This document shows, in pieces, positions 8,341-17,763 of a DNA stretch of 64,000 nt. The stretch covers positions 3,595 through 67,594 of the forward strand of contig CAZIBG010000004.1 in assembly GCA_964536985.1 (NCBI GenBank), in the 5' to 3' direction. A model generated the notes under the pieces. That model searched no databases. It was not told the DNA's origin and saw only the letters and a list, made by a program, of their open reading frames with translations. The stretch comes from an uncultured Candidatus Saccharibacteria bacterium (GTDB taxonomy: Bacteria; Patescibacteriota; Saccharimonadia; Saccharimonadales; AWTP1-31). The position numbers and the translations under genes are program-made. Position 1 is the first letter of the stretch. Each line of letters begins with the position of its first letter.

Positions 8341-11300
8341 ATGAGCACCTCTAGTAGTTCCGGTCGAAATCGACCATCACGCAGTAGTAAAGTCCATGTC
8401 ACCAAGAGTGGAAAAACCATCAAGCTCAACAGGAGTCTGGGCGACCGCATTGGTGCACAAAAGAATGCCAAGGCTAACCGTAAAGCTCTTCGGCAAGCTG
8501 ACCTCCCCAAAGATAGAATTAGAAGGTTCTTGTACCACTTCCAGCCAAAACGAATGTACAAGTACTGGTTCAGTCGTGATGGTGCTCTTATGGCTCTTAA
8601 ACTTATGGGCGTTGGACTTATTGCTGGCTTCTTGCTACTTGTTGGCCTATTTGCCTATTTTCGTAAAGATTTACCGAACCTCCGTGATGTAAAGGGCAAT
8701 CAATTTGGTGGAAGTGTCCGATACTACGACCGCACAGGTAAAACCCTTCTCTGGGAAGATTATGATGCCATTAAGCGTTTGCCTGTAGAAGACGTCGAAA
8801 TTAGCCAGTATGTTAAAGATGCCACCGTAGCTATTGAAGACAAAGATTTCTTCAAACACGGTGGTTTTGACGTACGAGGTATCTTACGAGCCGGTGTTAG
8901 TAACGTTACTGGCGGTGGAAACACTCAGGGTGGATCAACCATTACCCAGCAGCTGGTTAAGTTAACACAAAACTGGACCCGGGATCGTTCATATAGCCGC
9001 AAGGCCAAAGAATTAATTTTGTCGGTTGAGTTAGAGCGTAACTATTCTAAGCAAGAGATCCTAGCTGGCTACTTAAACACCGCTCCTTATGGAAACGTTC
9101 AGTACGGTGTAGAAGCGGCAACCCGCGATTATTTCCAGAAAGCCGCAAAAGACCTAACGCTCGATGAAGCAGCTTTTTTGGCAGCTATTCCTCAGTCACC
9201 TTCATACTACTCGCCATACGGTGCTTACTATAAGTCCAACATTGAAGAGTCTCGTGGGGCGCTTATTGGACGTCAGCACTATGTACTTACACTAATGGCT
9301 CAACAAGGCATGATCACGGCTAAGCAACGTGATGAAGCCAAGAAGGTTGATACGCTGGCTAAGGTTAAAGAGCCTCAAGCCAAGTATGCCGGTATGAAGG
9401 CTCCATGGTTCGTCTTGGCTGCAAAGAAACAACTCGAAGAGCAGCGTGGCGTTGACTCGGCACAAGTTGGTGGCTGGACCATAACCACTACTCTTGATCT
9501 AGACAAGCAGGCCAGTGCCGAGAAGCAGGTTGCTAAGGGTATCGTTCAGATTCGAAAACAAGGTGGCGATGTAGCGGCTTTTGCAGCCGAAGATGTTAAA
9601 ACGGGGCAAATGGTAGCCCTTGTAGGTGGGGTCGACTTTACAAACAAAGAGTTTGGTCAGTTTAACTACGCTAACCGTCCACTGCCTCCAGGTTCGAGCT
9701 TCAAGCCTTATGACTATGTATCTTTGATCGATAGTAAGCAAAACGTTGGTGCCGGTTCCGTTATCTTTGATAACCAAGGACCAATTAACGGCGGTAATGC
9801 CGGAAGCTATCCATGTACTAACAAAAAACAACCCCGACAAGATCCCGGCGGAAGTGGTTTCTGCTTGTGGGACTATGACTTCTTCTACCCTGGCCCACTA
9901 ACTCTCCGTTATTCTCTTGGTGGATCACGAAACGTTCCAGCTGTTAAAGCGATGCTGATGGCGGGAGTTGATAAGACAATTGACACTGCCGAAAAGCTTG
10001 GCCTCAAGAGTGGATACAAGTGTTACGAGGATGAAGGCTACACAGTCGAGGGGCAGTGCTACTTGTCTGCAGCTATTGGTGATGGCGCATTCTTGCGGCT
10101 AGACGAACATGTCCACGGCTACGGAAGTTTGTCTCGTAATGGTGTTAATATCCCACAGACATATATTCTTAAGATCACTGACTCATCCAACAAAACTCTG
10201 AGCGAATGGAAGCCAACAAAGGGCACTCAAGTAGTCCGTCCCGACTCGGCTTACATAGTTTCTGACATGCTCAGCGACCCGAATGCCAGTTACTTTGCTG
10301 CCGGTCGTAAGCCACACCGATATAAGGGCTGGAAGTTTGCTATGAAGACCGGAACGACCAACGACAACAAAGATGGTTGGATGATGGGCTATTCTCCTCA
10401 GTACTCTGCTGGTGTATGGGTTGGCTATCACACCCGACAAAAAGTTATGAGCGGAACCATGGAAGCTATGACTCAACCAATATGGCAAGGTTGGATGAAC
10501 GAAGCTCATGACAATATCAAGCCATTCGATTGGGAAAAACCAAAGGGTATTCAGACTCTTCCTGCCTATGTCGTTCGCTCTAAGCCGAGTAGCAAGACGG
10601 CTGGTGCAGTAATTCCTAGTGCTGCTACCGACATTTACCCATCATGGTACAAGCCTAACGCTAAGCTCAGCACAACTGATCAGATTATCGATAAGGTATC
10701 TGGTAAGTTAGCTACCGAGTGTACGCCAGAAGCCGCAAAGGAAAAGACCAATGGAGCATCTGCTAATCAGTTCTCGATTGATACCATCATCAGTGGCGGC
10801 AACCCATCCGGTGCTAATGGCGAAGAAGACGATGTTCACAAATGTGACGATGTAAAACCTCAGATATCTTTGAATGTTTCACCGTCAGGCTCTAACTACA
10901 ACTTATCTGTTAATGTTAGCCAAGGAACGCATCCAATTGCTAGTGAAAAGTTCCAAGGAACCGTTAACTACGTTGTAGACGGTCAGATTGTTCAGTCCTT
11001 CCCTATTGGTGGACCTGGCTCTGGTCTTGCAAGCTTTAGCTATACGCCAAACTTCACTGGATCAAAGAACATCTACGCACAAATAATCGATAGCGCCTTG
11101 TACGACGCCGCTAGCTCAGAAAGCTCAATAACAAGTTCAGGAGTATCTTCAGGAACATTTACGGCCAAGGTTACAAGTGCAGGAGGCGGAAACTATAATG
11201 TCAGCTGGACCGGTGGAGTTGGAACTGTAACGATCTATAAATCTAATGGCACAACCGTCATTTGTAGCGCTCTTGCATCAGCAGGTGCTTGCCCTGGTAG

Positions 11301-11379
11301 CTACCTGGCAACAAATTTTGTTGGTGGAGGGGTCGCTAAAGACAGCGACGGCAACACTGTTGGAATATCAGGTCCGTAA
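8341..11379 (+). CDS. class A penicillin-binding protein (glycosyltransferase + transpeptidase) with a C-terminal extension
   Basis: 1012 aa. An N-terminal basic tail is followed by a TM helix. GT51 motifs are EDKDFFKHGGFD and GGSTITQQLVK. Transpeptidase motifs are SSFKP (SxxK) and KTGTTND. The last approximately 173 aa are Ser/Gly/Thr/Asn-rich, beta-strand-like modules. Confidence 0.9.
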   Translation: MSTSSSSGRNRPSRSSKVHVTKSGKTIKLNRSLGDRIGAQKNAKANRKALRQADLPKDRIRRFLYHFQPKRMYKYWFSRDGALMALKLMGVGLIAGFLLLVGLFAYFRKDLPNLRDVKGNQFGGSVRYYDRTGKTLLWEDYDAIKRLPVEDVEISQYVKDATVAIEDKDFFKHGGFDVRGILRAGVSNVTGGGNTQGGSTITQQLVKLTQNWTRDRSYSRKAKELILSVELERNYSKQEILAGYLNTAPYGNVQYGVEAATRDYFQKAAKDLTLDEAAFLAAIPQSPSYYSPYGAYYKSNIEESRGALIGRQHYVLTLMAQQGMITAKQRDEAKKVDTLAKVKEPQAKYAGMKAPWFVLAAKKQLEEQRGVDSAQVGGWTITTTLDLDKQASAEKQVAKGIVQIRKQGGDVAAFAAEDVKTGQMVALVGGVDFTNKEFGQFNYANRPLPPGSSFKPYDYVSLIDSKQNVGAGSVIFDNQGPINGGNAGSYPCTNKKQPRQDPGGSGFCLWDYDFFYPGPLTLRYSLGGSRNVPAVKAMLMAGVDKTIDTAEKLGLKSGYKCYEDEGYTVEGQCYLSAAIGDGAFLRLDEHVHGYGSLSRNGVNIPQTYILKITDSSNKTLSEWKPTKGTQVVRPDSAYIVSDMLSDPNASYFAAGRKPHRYKGWKFAMKTGTTNDNKDGWMMGYSPQYSAGVWVGYHTRQKVMSGTMEAMTQPIWQGWMNEAHDNIKPFDWEKPKGIQTLPAYVVRSKPSSKTAGAVIPSAATDIYPSWYKPNAKLSTTDQIIDKVSGKLATECTPEAAKEKTNGASANQFSIDTIISGGNPSGANGEEDDVHKCDDVKPQISLNVSPSGSNYNLSVNVSQGTHPIASEKFQGTVNYVVDGQIVQSFPIGGPGSGLASFSYTPNFTGSKNIYAQIIDSALYDAASSESSITSSGVSSGTFTAKVTSAGGGNYNVSWTGGVGTVTIYKSNGTTVICSALASAGACPGSYLATNFVGGGVAKDSDGNTVGISGP

Positions 11380-11384
11380 CAGAC

Positions 11385-12737
11385 TCAACTATCTTTTTCG
11401 AGGAATGAATTTAAGGCGGTGCGAACCGTCGATACGGTAAATAGTTCTTTAGGTGCTTTACCGCCACGAACTACTGGCCCGATAGCGCCGTCAAAGCCAA
11501 GCTTTGTAGCTTCAGCGACACGCTTTTCGATAAATGGTACATGGCGTACTTCGCCGCTAAGCCCTAGTTCTCCAAACACGACGGCGTTCTTTTTGAGCTG
11601 TAGTCCCTTGCTTGCACTGGCGATAGCCATAACCACGGCCAGGTCGGCTGCTGGCTCAGATATTTTGATGCCTCCTACAATGTTGATGTATATGTCTTGG
11701 TCGGCTAAATTGAGCTTGGTACGACGTTCAAGCATGGCAACAAGCAAGTTTACGCGGTTGAGGTCAATGCCGCTTGCAGCCCGCTTAGGATAGCCATATG
11801 AGGTCTTATTGACCAAGGCCTGAACTTCTACCAGTAGTGGCCGACTTCCTTCCATGGTGGCTAAAACTACCGAGCCATCACTTACTTGTCGTTCGGCCAA
11901 CAGTGCTGCAGATGGATTGGATACAGGTTGGAGTCCGCTATCGAGCATCTCGAAGATTCCTGCCTCGTTGGTGGAACCGTAACGATTCTTTACCCCTCTT
12001 AGCAACTTAAATCCACCATATCGGTCGCCTTCTAGTTGCAGGACAACGTCTACGACATGCTCTAGTACTTTGGGGCCGGCAATGGAGCCTTCTTTTGTTA
12101 CATGACCAACCAGGACCAGCGCTGTGTTAGTTTGCTTAGCAACAACACTGAGTAAGTGAGTACAGTTGGTTATCTGGCTAACCGTGCCAGGAGCGGAGGC
12201 GATATTACTGGTACTGACCGTCTGGATAGAGTCGACGATAACAAGCTTATAATTACCCTCGGCCATAGTAGCAGCAATGTCGTCTGCGCTATCACTCGAA
12301 ACAAGGTCAAGCTTCCCGCCCTTAACTTTAAGTCTGTCGGCACGGAGTGCAATTTGATGGGCCGACTCCTCTCCGCTGACATAAAGCACGGGATGATCTT
12401 GGCTGATGGCGGCTGCGAGTTGTAAAAGGATGGTACTTTTACCAATACCCGGCTGTCCAGCAATTAGGTTTACACTACCTGATACAAATCCACCGCCTAG
12501 AACAGTGTCTACTTCTGATATGTGGGTAGACAGGCGGGGTTCTCTTTTGGCAGAAGCAACTTTGCTGAGACTGGTGGGAGTAAGATTATGTCCAGCTTTT
12601 GTTGCGGCAGCAATAGTACTGACAAGTAGTTGTTCCTGTAATGTGTTCCATTCGCCACATGACTGGCAACGACCTGTCCAAGTACCCGTTATGGCGCCAC
12701 AATTACTACACTCGTATCTAACACTCTTTTTTGCCAT
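11385..12737 (-). CDS. radA: DNA repair protein RadA/Sms
   Basis: 450 aa with a zinc ribbon (CSNCGAITGTWTGRCQSCGEWNT), Walker A GQPGIGKST, the KNRYG motif and a Lon-like C-terminal domain. Confidence 0.95.
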   Translation of the reverse strand: MAKKSVRYECSNCGAITGTWTGRCQSCGEWNTLQEQLLVSTIAAATKAGHNLTPTSLSKVASAKREPRLSTHISEVDTVLGGGFVSGSVNLIAGQPGIGKSTILLQLAAAISQDHPVLYVSGEESAHQIALRADRLKVKGGKLDLVSSDSADDIAATMAEGNYKLVIVDSIQTVSTSNIASAPGTVSQITNCTHLLSVVAKQTNTALVLVGHVTKEGSIAGPKVLEHVVDVVLQLEGDRYGGFKLLRGVKNRYGSTNEAGIFEMLDSGLQPVSNPSAALLAERQVSDGSVVLATMEGSRPLLVEVQALVNKTSYGYPKRAASGIDLNRVNLLVAMLERRTKLNLADQDIYINIVGGIKISEPAADLAVVMAIASASKGLQLKKNAVVFGELGLSGEVRHVPFIEKRVAEATKLGFDGAIGPVVRGGKAPKELFTVSTVRTALNSFLEKDS

Positions 12738-12772
12738 CTAATCCCCTTAGACTTGTATAGTACACCGAAAAC

Positions 12773-13885
12773 TTAGATGTCTTCAACTGTGGTGCCGATT
12801 CGACTATCGAGTGCTTTGTTTAGCTCTTGAGCTTCGTTGGCTACTTTGTTTCGTTCGGTAAGTATTGATTTGTATTCACTGACTAAGCCTTTGGTCTCTG
12901 CAATCAGGGACCTGAACGGAATCAAACTTTTATTGTAGGTTGCTACGCCAGCATTGTATTCGTCTATCAGGCCTTGGTTTCGCAAGTCATCGAGCCGTTT
13001 GCTCTCGCTGTTGATCGCCGTCTGCTGGGTGTCTAACTGGGCATTGTTGGCGGTAATGCTCTCTTCGATGTTCTTTAGCTGAAGATCTAGTTCGGCGACT
13101 CGGTCCTTACGTTTCTTAAACTCATTTTTGTAGCCAGCAGCATAGGTAACAATGGCAGATCTATTACTGAAATATTTGGTGTAGTACTGTTCTAAATCGG
13201 ATGGCAACGAAGAAACCTCTGTGGCTAGAATAGAGTGTAGTTCGTTAGTGACATCGGCTTTATTGTCTTGGTAGAGTTTAATCTTATCTTTTATGTCTTG
13301 ATCGGTTACTTTGCTGTAAGCAGCGTTAACCATGTCGGTTACGCGTTTCTTTTCCTGAAACCCAAGTCTAGCATATGCTGCGTGGAGCATTTCATGCGCG
13401 GCCGTTACCTCTTCTACGCCCGCCAGACGGGCATCATCTACCTTGAGCAGGAAAATACCCTCTGCCGGCTTAAAGCATCCTAGTACTACTGAAGTCTCTC
13501 CTTCCTCACAGCTTATATAAAATGCCTCTTTGCCCTGAACTTGGGGTTTTTGAAGATAGAAAATTTTTCTGCCAAGGTTAGTCATTGAAGTATTGGTGGC
13601 AAGTTGAGTTGCGGCAACAGTTGGAGTGTAGTTACGTAGCCCCCACCAGTCCATAATATTCTGCTTCTGAATAAAAAGACCTGTTAGGATGGCGATAACA
13701 ATCAAATACGAAAGGTAGCGTTTCCATCGTGATTTTTTATGACGCTGATCTACAGGAGGCTGTTCGGGCATTGTGTCCAAGGGTGCAGATTCGATAGCAC
13801 CAATTGGTGCTACTGTAGTCGCTTTTGGTTGTTCGGTGGGCTTGATTTCGATAGGCTGATATGGCTGCATGAATTCATTATACAT
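12773..13885 (-). CDS. membrane-anchored protein with an HExxH motif and a C-terminal coiled coil, function unknown
   Basis: 370 aa. A Pro-rich N-terminus is followed by a single TM (YLSYLIVIAILTGLFI). The extracytoplasmic part carries TAAHEMLHAAY. The last approximately 120 aa are heptad-like and rich in Glu/Lys/Leu/Asn. Confidence 0.5.
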   Translation of the reverse strand: MYNEFMQPYQPIEIKPTEQPKATTVAPIGAIESAPLDTMPEQPPVDQRHKKSRWKRYLSYLIVIAILTGLFIQKQNIMDWWGLRNYTPTVAATQLATNTSMTNLGRKIFYLQKPQVQGKEAFYISCEEGETSVVLGCFKPAEGIFLLKVDDARLAGVEEVTAAHEMLHAAYARLGFQEKKRVTDMVNAAYSKVTDQDIKDKIKLYQDNKADVTNELHSILATEVSSLPSDLEQYYTKYFSNRSAIVTYAAGYKNEFKKRKDRVAELDLQLKNIEESITANNAQLDTQQTAINSESKRLDDLRNQGLIDEYNAGVATYNKSLIPFRSLIAETKGLVSEYKSILTERNKVANEAQELNKALDSRIGTTVEDI

Positions 13886-13910
13886 GAGCTCTTTGATGAG
13901 TTCTTAGCCT

Positions 13911-16382
13911 CTATTCTGTTGCAGTGCTGTAGGTGAGCTCATCGTCTTTGACGCCGACTTTGACGATGCTGCCCTTGTGATATGTCTCATCCAGAATTCC
14001 TCCGGCGATTACATCTTCGATGGTATCTTGAATCAATCGACGCATTGGCCGAACTCCGTTACTGGCATCGTAGCCTCGTTTGAGTAAGTGTTTTTTGGCG
14101 GCAGCGTTAACGTTTAAGACGATACCATGTTTTACCAAACGCTCACTCAGCTCATCGAGCTGTAAGTCTAGAATGCGCATTACATTGTCTTTGGTTAGGG
14201 CTCGGAAGACGATGACTTTATCAATACGGTTTAGCAGTTCCGGACGCATTAACTTCTTAAGTTCATCGTGGACTTTGTCTTTGTTCCTATTGTGTAGACT
14301 CTCTAGATCTTTCTTGTCTCCGGCGCTAGTGGTTTGGAAGCCAAGTGAGGCTTCTTTCTGTAACTTATCGGCACCAACATTGCTGGTCATGATGACAATA
14401 GTGTTACTGAAGTCGATCTTGCGACCCTTGGCGTCGCTTAATACACCATCTTCTAGTATCTGAAGTAGCACATTAAATACTTCGGGATGAGCCTTCTCTA
14501 TCTCGTCAAACAAAATCAAACTGTATGGCTGACGTCGGATCTTATCGGTTAATTGTCCACCTTCGTCATAACCCACGTAACCAGCAGGCGCTCCCACTAG
14601 ACGTGAGACGTTGTGTCGCTCACTAAATTCACTCATATCTATCTTGATGAGAGCATCTTTGCTTCCAAAATACTGATCAGCTATTACTCTTGCTAGTTCT
14701 GTCTTACCAACACCCGTAGGCCCTAAGAATATAAATGAACCGATCGGTCGTTTGGCATTGCTTATTCCGGATCGACTTCGTCGAATCGCTCGAGATACTG
14801 CTTCTACAGACTCGTCCTGACCGATAATATGTTTGCCAATAGTTTTTTCAAGAGCAAGTAGATACTTTGCCTCGGAACGAATTACGCGCTGCATAGGTAT
14901 ACCTGTCATCTTGGCGACTACATCGGCAACTTGATCACTGGTCATAACGAGCTTTTTAGTGGTTCCACTGGTAGCTTGTAGCTTCTTAAGTTCCTCTTCT
15001 ATTTGGCTGGCGCGCGTTTTGGAGCGTGCTGCTTTTTCGTAATCTTCTGCTTCTACGGCATCTTCTATGCGTGTTTCCACTACCTTAAGCTCTCGTTGTA
15101 AGTTACGAATTTCTGGTGGCGTCTTGCCTTTGCCGACACGTAAATGAGCAGCCGTCTCGTCCATAAGGTCAATCGCCTTGTCTGGCATAAAACGGTCGTT
15201 AATATAACGTTCCGAGAGTGTTACAACATCGCTCAGTACCTCGTCTGAAATTGATACTCCATGGAATTCTTCGTAGTGTTTGCGAAGACCTTTAAGTATA
15301 GATAGTGTCTCGGCAGCGGTGGTTTCCGGTACGGTGATTGGCTGGAATCGTCGTTCAAGCGCGGCATCTTTTTCGATGTGCTTAGTGTACTCAACAGTAG
15401 TCGTGGCACCGATGAGCTGAATCTTACCGCGTGCAAGTGCTGGCTTAAGGATATTTCCTGCGTCGACAGCTCCTTCTGCGGATCCGGCACCTACGATCAA
15501 GTGAAGTTCATCGATAAAGACGATGGTATTTTTGTTCTCTTCCAGTTCGGCCATTACTTTTTTGAGTCGCTCTTCGAACTCACCACGATACTTTGTGCCT
15601 GCAATCATGCCGGCAAGATCAAGCATAACGATTCTTTTGTCTATTAAACTGTCTGGAACATCTTCGGTGACAATGCGCTGGGCAAGTCCTTCTACAATAG
15701 CCGTCTTACCGACACCCGGTTCACCAATCAATACAGGATTGTTCTTTGTTCGGCGATTAAGAATAGTAATAACGCGGGCAATTTGCTTATCACGTCCGAC
15801 AACGGGATCGAGCTTGGAGTTTCGTGCTTCGGCTGTAAGATCAGTTCCAAAAAAGTCCAGAGCGGTCTTACGTTGCTTCTTTCCCCGACGCTTAGAAGTG
15901 CCGCTGACGCCTGCATCATCTTGTTGACGGTTCATGAACTGTTCAAGCTCAGCCGTCAGGCCACCAACATTAATATTCATGTCCTTAAGAAGGATGGTGG
16001 CACGGGCATTCTTTTGTGACAAAATGCTATACAAAATATGCTCAGTACCGCAGTAGTCTTGGGTAAAATCTTGAGCAACATCATAGGCCATTTTAAGAGT
16101 CAGCTTGGCGGTTTCGCTCAACCCCTTGGCACTGGCATTAACGACGATGGTTTTGGGAGTGAGGTTAAGTGCTAAGCGAGCTCGATCAAGTGTAACACCT
16201 GCACCCTCAAGAAGCTTGGCGCCCATGCTATTATCTTGGGCAAGTACGCCAAGTAGAAGATGCTCGGTGCCGATATATGCACTGCCAAAACTACGCGCAA
16301 TAGCATCTGCATGCTTAAGGCTTTGCAGCGCATTGTCTGTTAAGTGGTTTAAGAACTCTTGGAAGTCTGGTGATTCTTGCAT
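13911..16382 (-). CDS. clpC: ATP-dependent Clp protease ATP-binding subunit ClpC (class I AAA+)
   Basis: 823 aa. It has two Clp_N repeats, two AAA+ modules (GEPGVGKTA and GPTGVGKTE) and a short middle domain, which is ClpC-like rather than ClpB length. AAGGAGG lies upstream. Confidence 0.9.
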   Translation of the reverse strand: MQESPDFQEFLNHLTDNALQSLKHADAIARSFGSAYIGTEHLLLGVLAQDNSMGAKLLEGAGVTLDRARLALNLTPKTIVVNASAKGLSETAKLTLKMAYDVAQDFTQDYCGTEHILYSILSQKNARATILLKDMNINVGGLTAELEQFMNRQQDDAGVSGTSKRRGKKQRKTALDFFGTDLTAEARNSKLDPVVGRDKQIARVITILNRRTKNNPVLIGEPGVGKTAIVEGLAQRIVTEDVPDSLIDKRIVMLDLAGMIAGTKYRGEFEERLKKVMAELEENKNTIVFIDELHLIVGAGSAEGAVDAGNILKPALARGKIQLIGATTTVEYTKHIEKDAALERRFQPITVPETTAAETLSILKGLRKHYEEFHGVSISDEVLSDVVTLSERYINDRFMPDKAIDLMDETAAHLRVGKGKTPPEIRNLQRELKVVETRIEDAVEAEDYEKAARSKTRASQIEEELKKLQATSGTTKKLVMTSDQVADVVAKMTGIPMQRVIRSEAKYLLALEKTIGKHIIGQDESVEAVSRAIRRSRSGISNAKRPIGSFIFLGPTGVGKTELARVIADQYFGSKDALIKIDMSEFSERHNVSRLVGAPAGYVGYDEGGQLTDKIRRQPYSLILFDEIEKAHPEVFNVLLQILEDGVLSDAKGRKIDFSNTIVIMTSNVGADKLQKEASLGFQTTSAGDKKDLESLHNRNKDKVHDELKKLMRPELLNRIDKVIVFRALTKDNVMRILDLQLDELSERLVKHGIVLNVNAAAKKHLLKRGYDASNGVRPMRRLIQDTIEDVIAGGILDETYHKGSIVKVGVKDDELTYSTATE

Positions 16383-16420
16383 AGCATTCCTCCTTGCGAG
16401 GTATTAAAGTCGCTATAACC

Positions 16421-16449
16421 AGAATATCAAATTGGCACTCAGCGTGCAA
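16421..16449 (-). promoter_or_regulatory. candidate clpC promoter
   Basis: Minus strand TTGCAC (16449-16444), a 17-nt spacer, then TATTCT (16426-16421). The -35 lies inside the CIRCE spacer. Confidence 0.4.
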
Positions 16450-16458
16450 GAGTGCTAG
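16432..16458. promoter_or_regulatory. CIRCE-like inverted repeat (HrcA operator) in the nusA-clpC spacer
   Basis: TTGGCACTC-agcgtgcaa-GAGTGCTAG compared with the consensus TTAGCACTC-N9-GAGTGCTAA. Each arm matches at 8 of 9 positions and the spacing is exactly 9 nt. Confidence 0.7.
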
Positions 16459-16460
16459 TA

Positions 16461-17630
16461 CTAAGCCTCTTTTGAGTCTTCGCCGTGCTCTTCGATGGCA
16501 TCAAGTAGGCTGCTTTCGAGCTGTTCCTTGCGCTTAATTTTCGGTGCAGCTTTAGGCTCGGCGTTTTGCTGTGGTGCTTCTTGAGCTTTTGGTTCTTCAG
16601 GTGTGATATCAATGTCGTAACCGGTAAGTTTGCTTGCTAAGCGTACGTTCTGGCCACCTTTTCCGATAGCAACACTCAGTTGGTCTTCTGGGACGACAAC
16701 AGTTGCCTTCTTTTCTTCTTCACGAAGAGTAACCTTAGTTACCTTCGTTGGGTTTAGGGCATTGGTGATGTACGTGATTGGGTCGGCATCAAAGACGATG
16801 ATGTCGATCTTTTCCTGCTCGCCGATTTCGCTCATGACCGCGTTTACACGGGTACCGTGGCCCCCGACAAAGGTTCCGACTGGGTCTACACCTTGAATGC
16901 TGCTAGAAACAGCGATTTTACTGCGGACGCCTGCCTCGCGGGCAATGTTCTCGATTTTTACTGAACCATTATCCATTTCGGGTACTTCGTTGCGGAAAAG
17001 GTGCTCGACAAATGTAGCATTTCCGCGGCTGACGACAAGTTGAGGTCCACGGAAGCCGCGCTCTACGTCCTTGAGGAAAACTTTGAGGCGTTGGCCTGGG
17101 TAGTAACGCTCACCCTGGATTTGCTCGCTTTTAGGCATAATACCCTGAGCTTTACCTAGATCTATGCGGACAATCATGCCTTCGACACGAGAAACTAAAC
17201 CGTTAATCACAGTTCCGATTTTGTCGTCGTATTCGGCCATAACGATTTCGCGCTCAGCTTCACGAAGTCGCTGCAAGATAACTTGTTTAGCGGTCTGAGC
17301 AGCAACACGTCCAAAGTCCTCAACTTTTTCGTGGATTTCTACCATCTCACCGATAGCTGCATTCTTGCGGATGACTTGCGCTTGTCCCAGTTCGATCTCG
17401 AAGTTTGGATCACCAACACGCTCAACAACTTCTTTGCTGACGTAAGCGTCAACATCACCATTGTTAAGATTCATAGTAACGCGTACTTCTTGTTCGCGAT
17501 CTCCGTAGTCACGGCGATAAGCAGCAGCAAGTGCTTGCTCAACAATCTCTTGGACGGCCTCTTCTGGTAAGTTCTTTTCTTCAGCAATAGTCTTAACTGC
17601 TACAGCCAAACCTTTCATATCTAGTTCCAT
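16461..17630 (-). CDS. nusA: transcription termination/antitermination factor NusA
   Basis: 389 aa with an N-terminal RNAP-binding domain, S1 and two KH domains (GKGGQNVRLASKLTGYDIDI), and an acidic/Lys-rich tail. AAGGAG lies 8 nt upstream. Confidence 0.9.
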   Translation of the reverse strand: MELDMKGLAVAVKTIAEEKNLPEEAVQEIVEQALAAAYRRDYGDREQEVRVTMNLNNGDVDAYVSKEVVERVGDPNFEIELGQAQVIRKNAAIGEMVEIHEKVEDFGRVAAQTAKQVILQRLREAEREIVMAEYDDKIGTVINGLVSRVEGMIVRIDLGKAQGIMPKSEQIQGERYYPGQRLKVFLKDVERGFRGPQLVVSRGNATFVEHLFRNEVPEMDNGSVKIENIAREAGVRSKIAVSSSIQGVDPVGTFVGGHGTRVNAVMSEIGEQEKIDIIVFDADPITYITNALNPTKVTKVTLREEEKKATVVVPEDQLSVAIGKGGQNVRLASKLTGYDIDITPEEPKAQEAPQQNAEPKAAPKIKRKEQLESSLLDAIEEHGEDSKEA

Positions 17631-17655
17631 AATAATTCTCCTTGTCTTTTATACT

Positions 17656-17681
17656 AAAAAATCCGACCTGGAATGGCCGGA
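17656..17681 (-). terminator. intrinsic terminator-like hairpin within the nusA leader
   Basis: Minus strand TCCGGCC-attcca-GGTCGGA followed by TTTTTT: 7 bp including one G-U pair. It lies 25 nt upstream of the nusA ATG and begins about 6-8 nt after the predicted transcription start. Confidence 0.55.
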
Positions 17682-17693
17682 AACGATATTAGT

Positions 17694-17722
17694 ATTATAT
17701 CTCAGTATTCAAGACTTGGCAA
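17694..17722 (-). promoter_or_regulatory. candidate nusA promoter
   Basis: Minus strand TTGCCA (17722-17717), a 17-nt spacer, then TATAAT (17699-17694). Confidence 0.55.
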
Positions 17723-17763
17723 TGACTTACCAGTTCTGTCCGCCAGATGCTACACTTGAATGA

